64,000 bases of DNA, taken from Tubulanus polymorphus (lineage: Eukaryota; Animalia; Nemertea). The stretch is from assembly GCF_964204645.1 (NCBI RefSeq), contig NC_134036.1, forward strand, positions 5,548,600 through 5,612,599, given 5' to 3'. Made by a program: the position numbers and the translations under genes. The notes beneath the pieces were generated by a model. That model had not been told where the DNA came from. It saw nothing but the letters and a program-made list of their open reading frames with translations, and did no database searches. Positions 11,639-24,432 of the stretch are shown here, piece by piece. The number at the start of each line of letters is the position of its first letter. The stretch's first letter is position 1.

Positions 11639-12634
11639 TCTCTTTGCATGCAACTTTGTTAAATTTTCAGATCTCAGAATTCTCTGATTTGTTCTTAACT
11701 ACTTTCAGTACATGATAATAAAGCAATTATGAGGGCTTTATACTAACAGGGACATAGTAAAACTATATATTTTCTGTTTCAGAACAACCTATTCTATCTA
11801 AAAATCTATACTTTTCAAAAATTTTGCTGTCTGGGGTAAGATGAGGGACCCCAGAAGGCCCCACCCAGGGTGTGGTTGTACTAAATAAGCCTGTTTTTTT
11901 TACAGTAATTAGCCAAGGAAAAAAAGAGATCAGAGAGAAACTGATTATAATTCTCCATTTTATCCAAGCTAGGGCCGTTGTTGATCACTGGGAAAAGTTT
12001 TGGGGTCCTTGGGTCATTATGATGGTCAATATCTCAAGGTCAACGAAAGGTCAAAAAATCAAATTTTAAAAAATTATTTTTTAATTTCAGTCAATATGTC
12101 TTCTCTAGTATCCTCTATTGCTGAGTATCCTCTCATGAGCTGAAATAAAGTATTCCTCGAGGTGTCTCCGAATATTAGGGGGTCTTTGTGACCCCCTAAA
12201 TTCCCAGAGGGGTCACCCTAAATTCCCAGAGGGGTCAAAATGACAGAAAATCTACAAAAAGTCAGTGTAATTTGAATGACATACTTCACTGATGCGACTA
12301 CGCCGGCCAAAAATAAACACTGATAAGAGTTAGAATGATACAGTGTATGTAGTGCTACTGTGAAAATCTATCTATGTCAGGTATGCGCCGTGTCTAAACG
12401 CTCTGTCATAGGCCTATGTGCTGTATACACAGCTGGTGCTTGTATGGATATAGGAACAGCTTCAGTGTGTTGCCAAGGCCTCCGCGTGATAACAGACATA
12501 ACATGAAGTACAGAGCTCGATGTATATTCCATCTATAGGGCCATAGCAACACTACCCGTTATGTGATGTAACGTCACGCACATTTCAAAGGTTTGACGAC
12601 CGTTACTTCCGGTCACCCCCAGCATGCGTAGAGA
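11639..12634. mobile_element. Non-autonomous DNA transposon (996 bp), present only upstream of B1
   Basis: Terminal inverted repeats (TIRs) TCTCTTTGCATGC...GCATGCGTAGAGA flanked by a TAA duplication. The empty site aactaTAAgtatag is seen at ~26221, ~46164 and ~58563. Confidence 0.85.
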
Positions 12635-14002
12635 TAAGTATAGATTCTAAAGATACGTCTTCTAGATAAGAGTGATGTAGTTCTCAAACCTACGAATTCA
12701 TCGAAATTGCGATGGTCGTCATTTGTAAATGAGTTGAATTTTACAAATCGCTGGCTTCATTGAGAATGAGAAAAGTCGTCATTACTATATAATCATAATC
12801 TAATGGAATCATTTCGAATCGCGAAAGCCATAGTAAACTAGAGAGTCGTCATGGACACTTAACATTATTTTACAGAATGAATCGTTGACATAATCGAAAA
12901 CGATAAATTCGCAGAAAACCCAGTTATTTGTCTGATGATTTTTCTTTTCTTTCCCTTTTTCAGCATGCGAGGATCCATAAAGTGTATATACATTCGTCTA
13001 ACAGCTTGTCATCGTAATTAAACTCTTGCAGAAATAAAACCGATGCCCTCGAAGCAAAACATCATATGTACATACAGCTCATCCTATTTTTACGTAGTAC
13101 CGGTAACTTACAGAGAACACCGTCAAGAAATAAAGAACTGCCGTGGATCACTTGACATTTGTGTAGATTCTCGTGTACGGTTACGTTGTAACGTCATTTT
13201 CATGTCAAAGAAATGTCCAAACCAGGTATCTATTTCAGAAACATTCTCGATTTACTCTGATTATGAAATCCAGTTCGAAAACCGCAGCAATGAATTTTTA
13301 GTTCGAATGTGAACAGGAGCGGGAACTCGATTAATCGCTGCTTTGCAACTACTAGATTTCAGTCTTCGTTTTTGAGTCCATATTTCATTTTCCTTCCATT
13401 AGTGGAACTAGCAGTATCAAATACAATTGTTTTAAATCTAAGCCTATATTCATTGAGAACATTACAGAATACCATATCTTAAGCCAGTCTGTAGAAACCC
13501 TTTGATGCTGTTTTGCAGCTATATTTGTTTTCCCCATTCATTTCCTTTTTTACATTACTGCCTATCGCTTCTGCATTCTGAGAACTGCGATGTCACTATA
13601 GACGAAGGGTGAACGAATACTTTGTAAAAACCGCTTAAAACTCCTATTATTTCTGCAAAATTAATAATACTCACTTTTCACAGCTGATTAATTTCACTGC
13701 TTATGATAACATTTGACGGTAACATACGATACCGGTTCGAGTACGTATGAGTGATAGAGGGTGTTTGAAGAGCTAAAACATCTGCATCAATTCAAAATTT
13801 GTATTGATTATGAACAATCACTCGGTCTCGGGCTCTCTCCCTTCCTATTCAACCTGCCAACGTGTTGATATGCGTGAAGTAGAATAGAAATATACATCAC
13901 ATCGACTGCACCAATGCGAGAAATCTACGGAAGAACATACTAACATACTTACATACTTACCCTGGTGTCGTGCTAATCGATTCAATTAGTCGTTTAGTTG
14001 AG

Positions 14003-14167
14003 CTATTCGATACGCAGGTAATCGTACAAAAATCTAATTAAAGCGATCTCACCACTACCGCAGCCTATATCCAATACATTCCTGTAACCAATGGTCGATA
14101 AAACTTTAGCGGCCCAACTTCTCGTGCCAGCGCTAGCATTCGAAATAAGTTCCGCGTTCGGATTCAT
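14003..14167 (-). pseudogene. Methyltransferase exon 1 relic
   Basis: MNPNAELISNASAGTRSWAAKVLSTIGYRNVLDIGCGSGEI... with a 15-nt deletion (DFKPG). It then runs into unrelated sequence and a stop; no exons 2-4. Confidence 0.85.
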
Positions 14168-14249
14168 TCCGGTGCTTTCTTATTCGTGCGCGAACGTATT
14201 GCTAAGATTGCGCGAATTGTTTCGAAATCTTGCAGTATTGAAAAAAATG

Positions 14250-14720
14250 AACTATCAACGCGTTCATACGTTTGGAGAAATGGTTCTCCGATTCTCAAGA
14301 TCTCGGCTCAATAGCGTTTGCAAAGTCCACAGAATTCTATTCAACCACGTGTACGTGTACAATATCGTCCAATAATGTAACATCGTAATGAAAATAAATT
14401 TCAATTTCAATTTCAATTTTACAACGGTGCGACCAGACGATTTATATAGAGAGAAATGGATATTTAATCAAACTGTTGAAATAATGCGGCTGATTCGATT
14501 GGTTTCAATTCTCTTTAGCTCTATTACTTAGACGTACTCAAATCGGTATCGTGCATCATATGTGCTAGGAGCATTAACAGTTTTGTTTGTTTCCAAGTTA
14601 TAAATACGAAATCGTTTAAACTATCATAATAAATTCCTAATCATACGTCTACTAAAGCGGCATAATTCTGGAATCTCTGAAACCGTCGAGACTGAGACGG
14701 TCGTCATTAAGTAATTGATT
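14250..14720 (-). pseudogene. Relic peptide-gene exon 1, 5'UTR and TATA region (copies at ~47780-48260 and ~60180-60660)
   Basis: Homologous to peptide-gene 5' regions (ttctccgattc...agatctc, cgtgtacgtgtacaa, acaacggtgcgacca, tttatatagagag), but the ATG is lost (plus strand cat>aat) and there is no exon 2. Ends approximate. Confidence 0.7.
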
Positions 14721-15230
14721 CCTCGTTTACAAAATTGTTGAAGTTTTGAGAATTGAACGACTGAGTGATAGAAGGAACATCTGTGTAATTTCATCATTTT
14801 AACTAAAATATAAAGTCTCCGCTCGAGAAAGGGCTGACTTTTATAGACACATTTGTTTACGTACATGTCGGAATTTCAAACGTTGTAAACATTTCAACTA
14901 AAACGCGCCATAGCCTTACAAAGGCTTACAGGATATACACGAAAGTATCAAAGTCGTTACATGTTACTCATGGCAGACATGTTTAGGGTAATGGTACTAA
15001 TCTGCTGGTTTTAGTAGTAGGAGCTCCCATATGTTTAAATTCATTAGGTTCTGTTTTGCGCAATTATTCATCAACTTTTTGCGTACATTCTCGAGGCAGG
15101 CAGAGTTAAAAACCGATTCGCATAGATCCTCCAACAGCCTCTGGGGTGTTTTCTCTTTTCATGGAAATGGAAGATTATTGTTAGACATCGGCTGTATCGT
15201 CGAGGGAAATACGCCAACACGAGACTTATG

Positions 15231-15363
15231 TCGTCAAAACGAGAATAATGTCGTGAAAATGAGAATTAAGTCGTCAAACCGAGATTAAACTCGTCAAGTC
15301 AAGAATAATGTCTTCAAAACGAGAATAAAGTCGTTTAAATCGAGAATAACCTCGTCAAAACGA
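15231..15363. repeat. Degenerate 20-21-bp minisatellite (tcgtcaaaacgagaataa), present in every C-containing unit
   Basis: About 6.5 tandem units visible. Confidence 0.7.
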
Positions 15364-16569
15364 CAAAAAGTCACAAACAAAAACAAATTAGATGCTGCTT
15401 CTACGGCGTTAGAAGCATCATTGGTTATAATATCGTCAAGAGCCCTCTCGTCGAGGGGGCCCAAAGATGAAACAGACATAGAGATGCTCAAGGTTATCAC
15501 CTGCCACAATGATTTAGTCACGATCCATCGTGGTTAGTAATTCGGTCACAATAAAAGGGTTTAATACGCTTCGTGAAATCGATCCACGATCAGTAAAAGT
15601 AATACGTTCAAATATCATTTACTGCACACAATCTGATAGAAATTACTGCCTTTACCTTTTGATTATCTTCAATTTCTGTCGTTGTCCCGATAGGCCTCTC
15701 GTACTGTACAGCGCATTGCTATATTTTTCTTTTTTTTCGATTGGTACCTGTATAAAGCAAAATAATATGATCTTAAAAATATATGTGTGGTATTGGTTAC
15801 GCTGAACATCCAAAATCATGGTCTCATTTTTGAATTTAAAAGTCAAGTTAAATCCTATCTTATAAATTTAAATTACAATAAATAAGAGAGTTTAGCAGTT
15901 TCGAGAAAGACGGATTGATTTGGATTTAACTCGATGAAAATCGACTGGTTTTTTTACTTCAGCATTTTTCTAACAGCGTTACAACCGGGTTCTTTTCTGG
16001 TTCTCACAAAAAATTATCATATCCTAAACCGATTTGAGATCAACGGAATCGATGAATAAATCCAATCGATTCCTTTTTAGGTAGACCTTTTTGGTGAAAC
16101 TGGACCCAGAGTGTACATTCAGCTCATCCCCGTGACGTTCGAACTCGAACGCGATTAACTAGTTATCTGTTTTCGTCAATAATTTCTTGATCAAATGCGT
16201 CAGCTCGAAAATATGCATATTTTATTCTGCATTCTCACTGGTCGGTAGTACTTGAAGTACCTTTGTATTTTTCTTTCTAAAATACATACAATCAGTGTAT
16301 AGTTCTGTCCCATTGCATTGTTTAATTTTATAGTCTCTTATGATGTCTAATTGAAAATACTTATATTAAAAATCAGTAAAACACTTGACTTTGTATACCC
16401 CTCGTGTCGACACGTGGAATAATTCCATTTCAATTTCAATTACTCTGACAAAACGGGGCCATCGATCTATTTCCCTTCACCGAGGAATCATAATCGTTCG
16501 CGTCGAATAGAAAAAAAACAAAAATCGAGAAACGAAACGAAACGAAACAAAACGAGACGAAAATAGATG

Positions 16570-17283
16570 TTAAACATGTTTTAATTTAAAGTCACCAGGA
16601 TTATACCCTCGATAGCGAATCTTCCAGTCTGACCCACAACCAGGACACATCCGAACCTCACACTTTGCCTTGCAATCTTTATACTTAGGAAAATCGTAAT
16701 TATAATAAGGACTGCAGTAGCCGCAGTTCCTGTTGACGCAAAGGGAACACATGAAAAACCCACTTGAATTAGCAAAACCAGTGACCATCAAAACAAAAAA
16801 TAACAGATACTGAAAATAAAATAAATCAGGTGCTGTACATTTCTGTGAAAAGTACGTTATTCATACAAAAAATACACGATCCCTAAAGTGTTTAAATTCA
16901 CACATACACACACGCACACACGCACGCACGCACGCACGCGCGCGCGCGCACACACACACACACACACATGAATGCGTAAACGGAAGAGGACTGAGGCGAG
17001 GAGAAGACTCCGCTGTGGCCTGATAGCCACACGGTGATTCAACCCGTGGTAGATAAGGATCAACCATTGTTTTACTTGTGTGCAGTAGATCATACTACTG
17101 CGACAACACAGGCATTAACCCACGGCGAAACGGGATTCACCATATGTCGCGAGTGTGCGGTAAAACATGGCCTACTGCGCAACGGGATATTTAGCTCAGG
17201 ACGTGACCGGGTGTCGCTAGCGAATATATATTTATAGAAATATAAATTACAAACAAGAACTATGCATTTACCTTTGATGACAT
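16570..17283 (-). CDS. Peptide C1: secreted 8-Cys peptide precursor, 83 aa; exons 17272-17283 and 16570-16809
   Basis: ATG TCA TCA AAG|GTAAAT ... TTTCAG|TAT gives MSSKYLLFFVLMVTGFANSSG-FFMCSLCVNRNCGYCSPYYNYDFPKYKDCKAKCEVRMCPGCGSDWKIRYRGYNPGDFKLKHV*. Confidence 0.85.
16900..16968. repeat. (CA)n/(CACG)n/(CG)n microsatellite in the peptide C intron
   Basis: Seen directly; also at ~29381, ~50457 and ~62857. Confidence 0.9.
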
Positions 17284-19679
17284 GTTTCTCCGATTCGCTA
17301 GATCTCAACTCAAACGTGTTTGTGAAGTCTACAAATTCCTTCTGACAACCGCGTGTACGTGTACAACGGTGCGACCAAACGATAGCGGTTTATATGGAGA
17401 GACATAATATTTTGATCGAACTATTGAAATCAAGCAGACGTTTCAATTGGGTTCAATTCTCTTTGTCTCTATCACTCAGACGCACTCGAATCGGTATCGT
17501 ATATCACCATCGCCCGATATCATATGCGTTAAATTTTAGCAGCTGTGTTAGGAGTATTAAGAATTTTTCGATGTTTCCGAGTTAATTATACTAAACATTT
17601 TAAACTATTATCATATATTCTTCAATAGCCGTCTTCTAGATAAGAGTGATATCGTTCTCGAATCTTCGAATTCATCGAGACTGCGACGGTCGTCATTTGT
17701 AAATGAGTTGAATTTTACAAATCGCTGGCTTTATTGTTATTGAGAAAAGTCGTCGCTATATAATCATAAAATCTAATGGAATCATATTGAATCAAAAAAG
17801 CCACTGTGAAGATCGTCGTAGTTATTTCACAGAGTAGTTGACGTATTCGAAAACGAGAAATTCGCAGAAAACCCAGTTATTTTTGGTTATTTCGCGCAGC
17901 TTCTTAACGTTGTATTAGATTATGGCTGGAATATAACAAGGCTCTTTGAACCAGTGAATTCTATGTACACAGTCCATCCTATTTTAAAGCAGTTACTGAG
18001 AACAGAAATAAAACCGTGGATCACTTGATATTTGTGTAGGAAATCTCGTGCAGGCTTATGTTTGTGTGTCAAAGAAATGTTTCCGAGAATATCTTAACCG
18101 GGTATCTATTTCATTAACAATGCCATTTCTTTGATAACGAAATCCAGTTCGAATCCGCAGCAATGAATTTTTAGTGCGAATGTGAACTGGCGCGGAAAGT
18201 CGGTATCGCCGCTTTGTAACTACTTGATTTCTTCGTTTTAGAGTCCATATTTCATAATCCTTTCATAAGTGTTGGGGGACTAACAGAAACATGCATTTCG
18301 AATAAACTTGTAAACTCTTAAGCCTACATTTATTGAGAACATTAGAGAATACGGTACGATAATTTTTGCAAATTTTCAGAAACTTTTCGACGCTGCTTTG
18401 CAGCTATATTTGTTTTTTTTTTCATTTCCTTTCCTCCATTCTACATAACTGCATGTTCGTGAAATCAATTGTGAATTCAATTTGGATTCTAAAACTGACA
18501 AGTTACTAATCACGATCTTTTCGCTCGCTATAGCTTCAAAATTCTGAGAACCGCGATGTCGCTATAGAGGAAGGGTCAACGAAGAAGCAGTAGAAAACGC
18601 TTTATACTCGTATGACATAATCGTAACATGCGATACCGGTTCGAGTGCGTCTGAGTGATAGAGGGAATTTGAACAGATAAAACATCATCATCTGCATCAC
18701 TTCACAAAATTGTTATTGATTATGAACTGTCACTCACTCTCCGGTTCTCTCCCTCCCTCTCTATTCCAACGGCAAACTCGTTCATATGCGTGAAGCAGAA
18801 TAGTAGAATAGGAATAAACATTACATCGACTTCACTAATGCCCGAAATCTGAGATCTAAACAGTCGCGAAAGGTTTGATAATAATTCATTAATAATTTAT
18901 TCTATTATCTATTTATACAATGTGCTCATTGGCTTTACACTATATTAATAGGAATAAACATTACATCGACTTCACTAATGCCAGAAATCTGAGATCTAAA
19001 CAGTCGCGAAAGGTTTGATAATAATTCATTAATAATTTATTCTATTATCTATGTATACAATGTGCTCATTGGCTTTACACCATATCTATTAATAGCAATA
19101 AACATTACATCGACTTTTCCAATGCCAGAGATTTGAAATCTACACAGTCGCGAAAGGTTTTAATAATAATTCAATGATAATTTATTCTGCCTAAAATCCA
19201 TATACAATATGCGCATTGGCTTAACATCATATATTAAGGGGAACAGCGAAACAGAAAATTAAATCGAGTTTTATTAAAAGCTTTGATAGTTCCAAATAAT
19301 TCCCTTTATTACACAATATGTTCAACTGTCTATTTACCGCGGAAGGACATAACAGCCAACAGTAAGGAGCATGGATACATGATCGTCAACCAAAATGTAA
19401 ATGCAATGCCATCAGAATTAACCTATTCAAAATATGCCCACAAAGCATTGTCGTAAAAAAAGTATTCTTGCAATTCCACATCAGCATTAGTCTAATAACA
19501 CGCCCTTTTAACCGAAGACAAATTCTTTATCTAGTAAAGTCTGAGCCTCATATTTCAGAAAAGGATTTTGTATCTTAAAGAATTCGTCAGTATTATGACT
19601 GTGTTGAGACTAGAAGATACACAATATCCGTGTAAGATGATAACGAGGGAAATCCCGCAACGAATTCAGCAAAAACGTA

Positions 19680-20212
19680 CGGTGGCTGATAAGGGCCAAA
19701 TGCATTGATTTTTACACGACCTCGATTATAGAAAAATGCAAAACGAAAACATTCGTTTTTGCTCTATGATTTTTCGTTTTTGCTCCATAATATTCGTTTT
19801 TGCGCCCTAGCAAAAACGAACTTTCGTATTTGCTCTATTGAATTATTTTTCATATGACCTTGATTATAGAAAAATGCAAAATGAAAATCCATAAAGCAAA
19901 AAATGGTTTGTTTTTGCCGGACTTTACTGCGCAAAAACGAAAAATCATGGAGAAAAAACGAATATTTTCGTTTTTGCTCTATAATATTTCCTTTTCGCGC
20001 GGTAGCGAAACGAAAGTTCGTTTTTGCTACGGTGCAAAAACGAATTTTATGGCGCAAAAACATGAAATCATAATATTTCGTTTTGTGCGGTAAAATTAAT
20101 TTTTGGACCCCAGCAAGCGAAGAGTTCGTTTTTGCTCTATAAGTTTCGTTTTGTGTTTTTCTATAATCGAGGTCGTGTGAAAATTATTGTATTTGGCACT
20201 TATCAGCCACCA
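19680..20212. mobile_element. MITE family 1 copy (internal deletion)
   Basis: Same TIRs and flanks. Confidence 0.78.
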
Positions 20213-21279
20213 TACTATTAGCCATCATCAGGCGTACGTTATGTGATTTTCCGGTCAATCTCTTACTCCTTCAACCAAAAAAAAAAAACAAAAACAAAAG
20301 AAAAGTTAGTCAAAATACAAATTATCTCTTTATGACACCAAACGAATTAGGTACACTGACTTCAATTATGGACGAGAGACCATCGCTTGTAATACGATTA
20401 AGCTACTGTATACTATAATTCAGGGTCGTAATCTCGAATAATAACAAACCTATAATAAGGCCTAATACTCCTTGACAAGTGACACAGTAAACATACGACA
20501 TACGGTTGATTCCAATTTCAAAATTGATTAGGTCAATCTTTTACGACTTAATTCAGAGTTTCAGTAAGTTACTTTTTTCCTCAAGCTAAGCTCGACTAAG
20601 GTCGACTCACGACCCGATTATCTCGTCGTGAGATAAGAGCGGTTTTTAAAACGTGACCGCCGGTTACCGATCAATTCGTTGCATCGTCGTAATAGCGCTC
20701 AGGTCGACTACGACCCGATCGCCGCAGGCTTACTCTGTCGCTGATTTGCTACGATGGTTTGATCGGGTCGTGTAAAAGCAGAACTGGTTCTATCCTCGCG
20801 ATTCGGCTTATACGACTGGTCTGCGATCAATCCGTCGCGAAGCGCACGGTTCCCGATGAAAATATGGCAGGTCCTTCAGACGAGATGATCGGGTCGCAAG
20901 TCGACCTGAGCTTAGCTTTCTTCTACATACGATTAATCCTGCCATCCAGCAAAATATGAATGCATGTATTATGCGTTTTTTGTACGTTTGACGTTTGTAC
21001 CGCTATGACCGTCAGCATTTAGCCTTTGAGTTTGTCAAATGAATTTCAAGTAAAATGACGCGAATCATGATTAATAAGTAGACTGAGACAACCTAAGGGG
21101 TCCACTAATGCTAAGCATATCGGTCAGAGTGAGCTGAAAATCAGTGATCCTACACGAGACACGTGGAGTTATACACATTGATATAAGTCGGGAATTATGA
21201 GCGGAAGATATCATTTAAAAGATAGATCCATATGATCACCGCGTACTTCAAGATATATTTCCAATAAATATGTTTATCG

Positions 21280-23092
21280 CTAAGATATGATTTGCAGGTG
21301 GACCACAACAGCGGAAGCTGCCATGTGTAACGTGCCATTTTCATCGACTGGAACTTTTCCCATATAAACACCGAGCGCGTCGTCCATGAACTCGGCTAGT
21401 TTCGATTCGGGAATTCGTTTTACGTGCGGTAAAATTGCGCCGAACCATTCTGAAAAAAATAACACGATATGTAATAATAGTAGAACATCCTTTGTTTCGC
21501 TATCATCGAAGTATGGTTAAAATCATTGTCACGGTCCAAATAAGGCCCGGAACAATTAACTCGAGCTTGATTCGTTCCAATTCGCGGTCCGGACCAAATC
21601 GTCTCCGTGTGACCGCGCCTGAAGTCTCGCGACGCCAACGGGTCCGGAAAACAAATGAGGGAGGATGTTTTCAGTTATGGTTCACTAACGTTTTGCAGAT
21701 TCGCGATCGGAAAATGTGTAATCACGAGTTGTGATTTCACAACGTTTAACAGCGAACCCCAATGATTCAGCCATTCGGCGATATCCACTGACTATATCCG
21801 GAGACCTCCATTCGCTGTATTCCTCCCAGCTCGGCTCCAACGACCAGTCCGGTGTAAATCCCTACAGAAAAATAACTCGTCATTAGATCTGACTATAGAA
21901 TTAAAAACCTTTCAAAAATGAATGTCCTTATAAGGTAATGCATCATTCGAAAGATAAAATTGCTCTATCAACATTTTTTATAGCATATTTAAATCGTAAA
22001 TCGGTCGAACGGTTAAGCTGCTAGCTTTGGAGAGAACCGTCATTATCAACATAATCTGCACTCAGATGGTTACAACATTTCACACTGATGAATGAGTCAT
22101 ACCTGGAAATACGGAGACCATTTTTCCAATTTGTCTACATCGCACATGTGAACCATCATTGATGACGTAATCAGCACGAGGACGACTTCCCCGTTAACGG
22201 AGAGTAGACGTTTTATATTTTCCAAGTTCTTATATTGATTCGGAGTCCAGTGAAGAACCATGAACGACGTGACCAAGTCGAATTTCCGTCGCCAGTCCGC
22301 TCCGTACGAGTCGGGATCGGTCAAGTCGGCGACCAGGTATTCGATTTTAGGATTCGGATTTTTCGAACGGGCGAAATCGACCATAGATTCGTACTGGAAT
22401 GCGATAGTGAAACAAACTATATAGATAAATAAACGCGATGTTTTTTTCCAATCCAGAATCAAATTCATTTTTCATTCATTGCTCGCGCATTTAGCAGGTC
22501 GGCCATTTTATGGTACAGCAAACATACAGCAAACATGCACACAAATTTTACCTCCCGTATAGAGACCACGATGGGATCCCGGTTTGGCCATTGGCCGAAA
22601 TCCCTGAGTTAGCTGATGTTTCCTTGTAACAACCAAAAGATTTATTCTTTGAATCGGAGAAATATCTAGGCCCGAAATATTACAATCCATTTATTTGAAT
22701 GAGGTAAGGCAAAGTGATACAATATAGCACTCTAGCTGAATTCCCTGCGTTTAGCAGGTTTTGGTTAAGTTTGTCAAATCTGTCAAACCTGTGTCAATGC
22801 TGATTGGGCTAACGAAGGGTAACCTCTGAGCTGATGAACGATGCAGCTATGATATAACCCCCCCCCCCCTCTGACCAACAAAGCAGACTGTATTTACCTT
22901 ATCAAAAGCGGTAAGATGTTCGACGTTGTCCAATTTACTCAGTATGGTATTAGTGACTTCACCGCTACCGCAGCCTATATCCAATACATTACTGTAACCA
23001 CCCGGCTTGAAATCAATGGTCGATAAAACATTAGCGGCCCAATTTCTGTTGCCGTCGCTAGCATTCGAATAAAGTTCCGCGTTCGGATTCAT
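21280..23092 (-). CDS. MT3: JHAMT-like methyltransferase; exons 22898-23092, 22103-22393, 21690-21861, 21280-21449
   Basis: Near-identical copy of MT2 with the same splice sites. Confidence 0.92.
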
Positions 23093-24432
23093 TCTGTATC
23101 TTCCGCAAGCAAGAACTTTAGATTGAATTAGATCGAGCGAAAATGTTCGAGATCTCGCGGAAGTGAAGAACAGAACCGCGATTACGAGTAAGAGTTTATG
23201 CGGGCGGTTTTGTGATTTTTTACGTTCTCTATATAGAGAGCCGCTTTCAAAACTGATAGCGGCGATATAGCGTAAGTTTCTATTGCGGTCAGGGAATAAA
23301 AAGTAGCGTTTGAATCGAAATGTCAACAAAACTCTATTGATTTCCTTTCAAGTGGAAAGACTTGTCGCTTGTCTATTGAAACCATTCTTTAGAGATTTAT
23401 TCGGCGTTATTAGGTAAAAAAAAAAAAACATGACTGATATAATCTCGGAATTGGGACGAGCAAACGTATAAGACGAAGAATCGATTTTATCGATTAGAAT
23501 ATAGGTCAATAAATGTCTAGACTAATTCTTGAACGTCTAGCAACGTGAAAATATTATCACTATATCGCTATAAGCACGCGTCGGTGTGAACCGATGTACT
23601 CCTCTGGATTTGCATACGCGAAACACTACTTGCTCCTCGAAATCTAAAAAGAATGACAGTTATAGAAACTACAAAAGAATACTGACGTTTTGACTCAATT
23701 CTATGCGAAAAAAAACTAGTCCTACCGTCGGTGTTTTACTCCGTAATCGAGGGATTTAATTTTCAATCGAATTATAGAAATTCGATTTAATTTCGATGCG
23801 CTTATAACGATGACGTAGTACACAGCGACTCACACAGAACCCGCAGACAACGCGGACTGGAGATCGATGTGTGTAAACATTATTGTAACGGTTTTTAAGG
23901 CGACACAAATAGGACGCGAACAAAACGAATGCACGCCTATTTGAACAGAGCTTACATTATGCAAACTAATGCAAATCCTGTAGAATAGATGAGGCGATGA
24001 TATGCGTCAGCTCGAAATCTGTTCTCGGTAAATACATTTCATATGCGTCAGCTCGAAAATATTCATCTTTTTCCTGCATTCGCACTGGTCGGCCGTACTT
24101 TCTCGAAAACCTTTCTATTTTCCTTGTAAAAGACATAAAATCCGTTTATAGTTCTTTTTCGTTCTATTGTGTATCTGAAAGTCTCTTATGATGTCGATTT
24201 GAAAATAGACTTCTTGAAGTAAATACTTGACTTTCTATAAACCTCGTCTCGAATTGATAGAATTACAATTTCATTAAAAATTTAGATTTCTCCTATAAAA
24301 AGGGGCGCATCGATCTATCTCGATCTATCCAAAAATGGGAGAAACGGAACGATAAAAAGATGTTAAACATTTTTCTTTTGTTTTTATTTGAAGTAACCAG
24401 GATTAAACCAGATAGATTGGTGTATCGATTTT

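Noticed and set aside
13950-13970. Strong minus-strand donor (CAGG|GTAAGT) below the MT relic, suggesting an MT-peptide fusion transcript
   Set aside because: An in-frame stop precedes it in all relic copies, and the region is deleted in the third unit.
15231-15363. Possible CRISPR-like array
   Set aside because: Contiguous degenerate repeats with no spacers, no cas genes and a eukaryotic context.
16570-16809. Peptides as metallothioneins, zinc fingers or twin-CX9C proteins
   Set aside because: Signal-like N-terminus, many aromatic residues, an even Cys count and non-CX9C spacing favour secreted disulfide peptides. Metal binding is not formally excluded.
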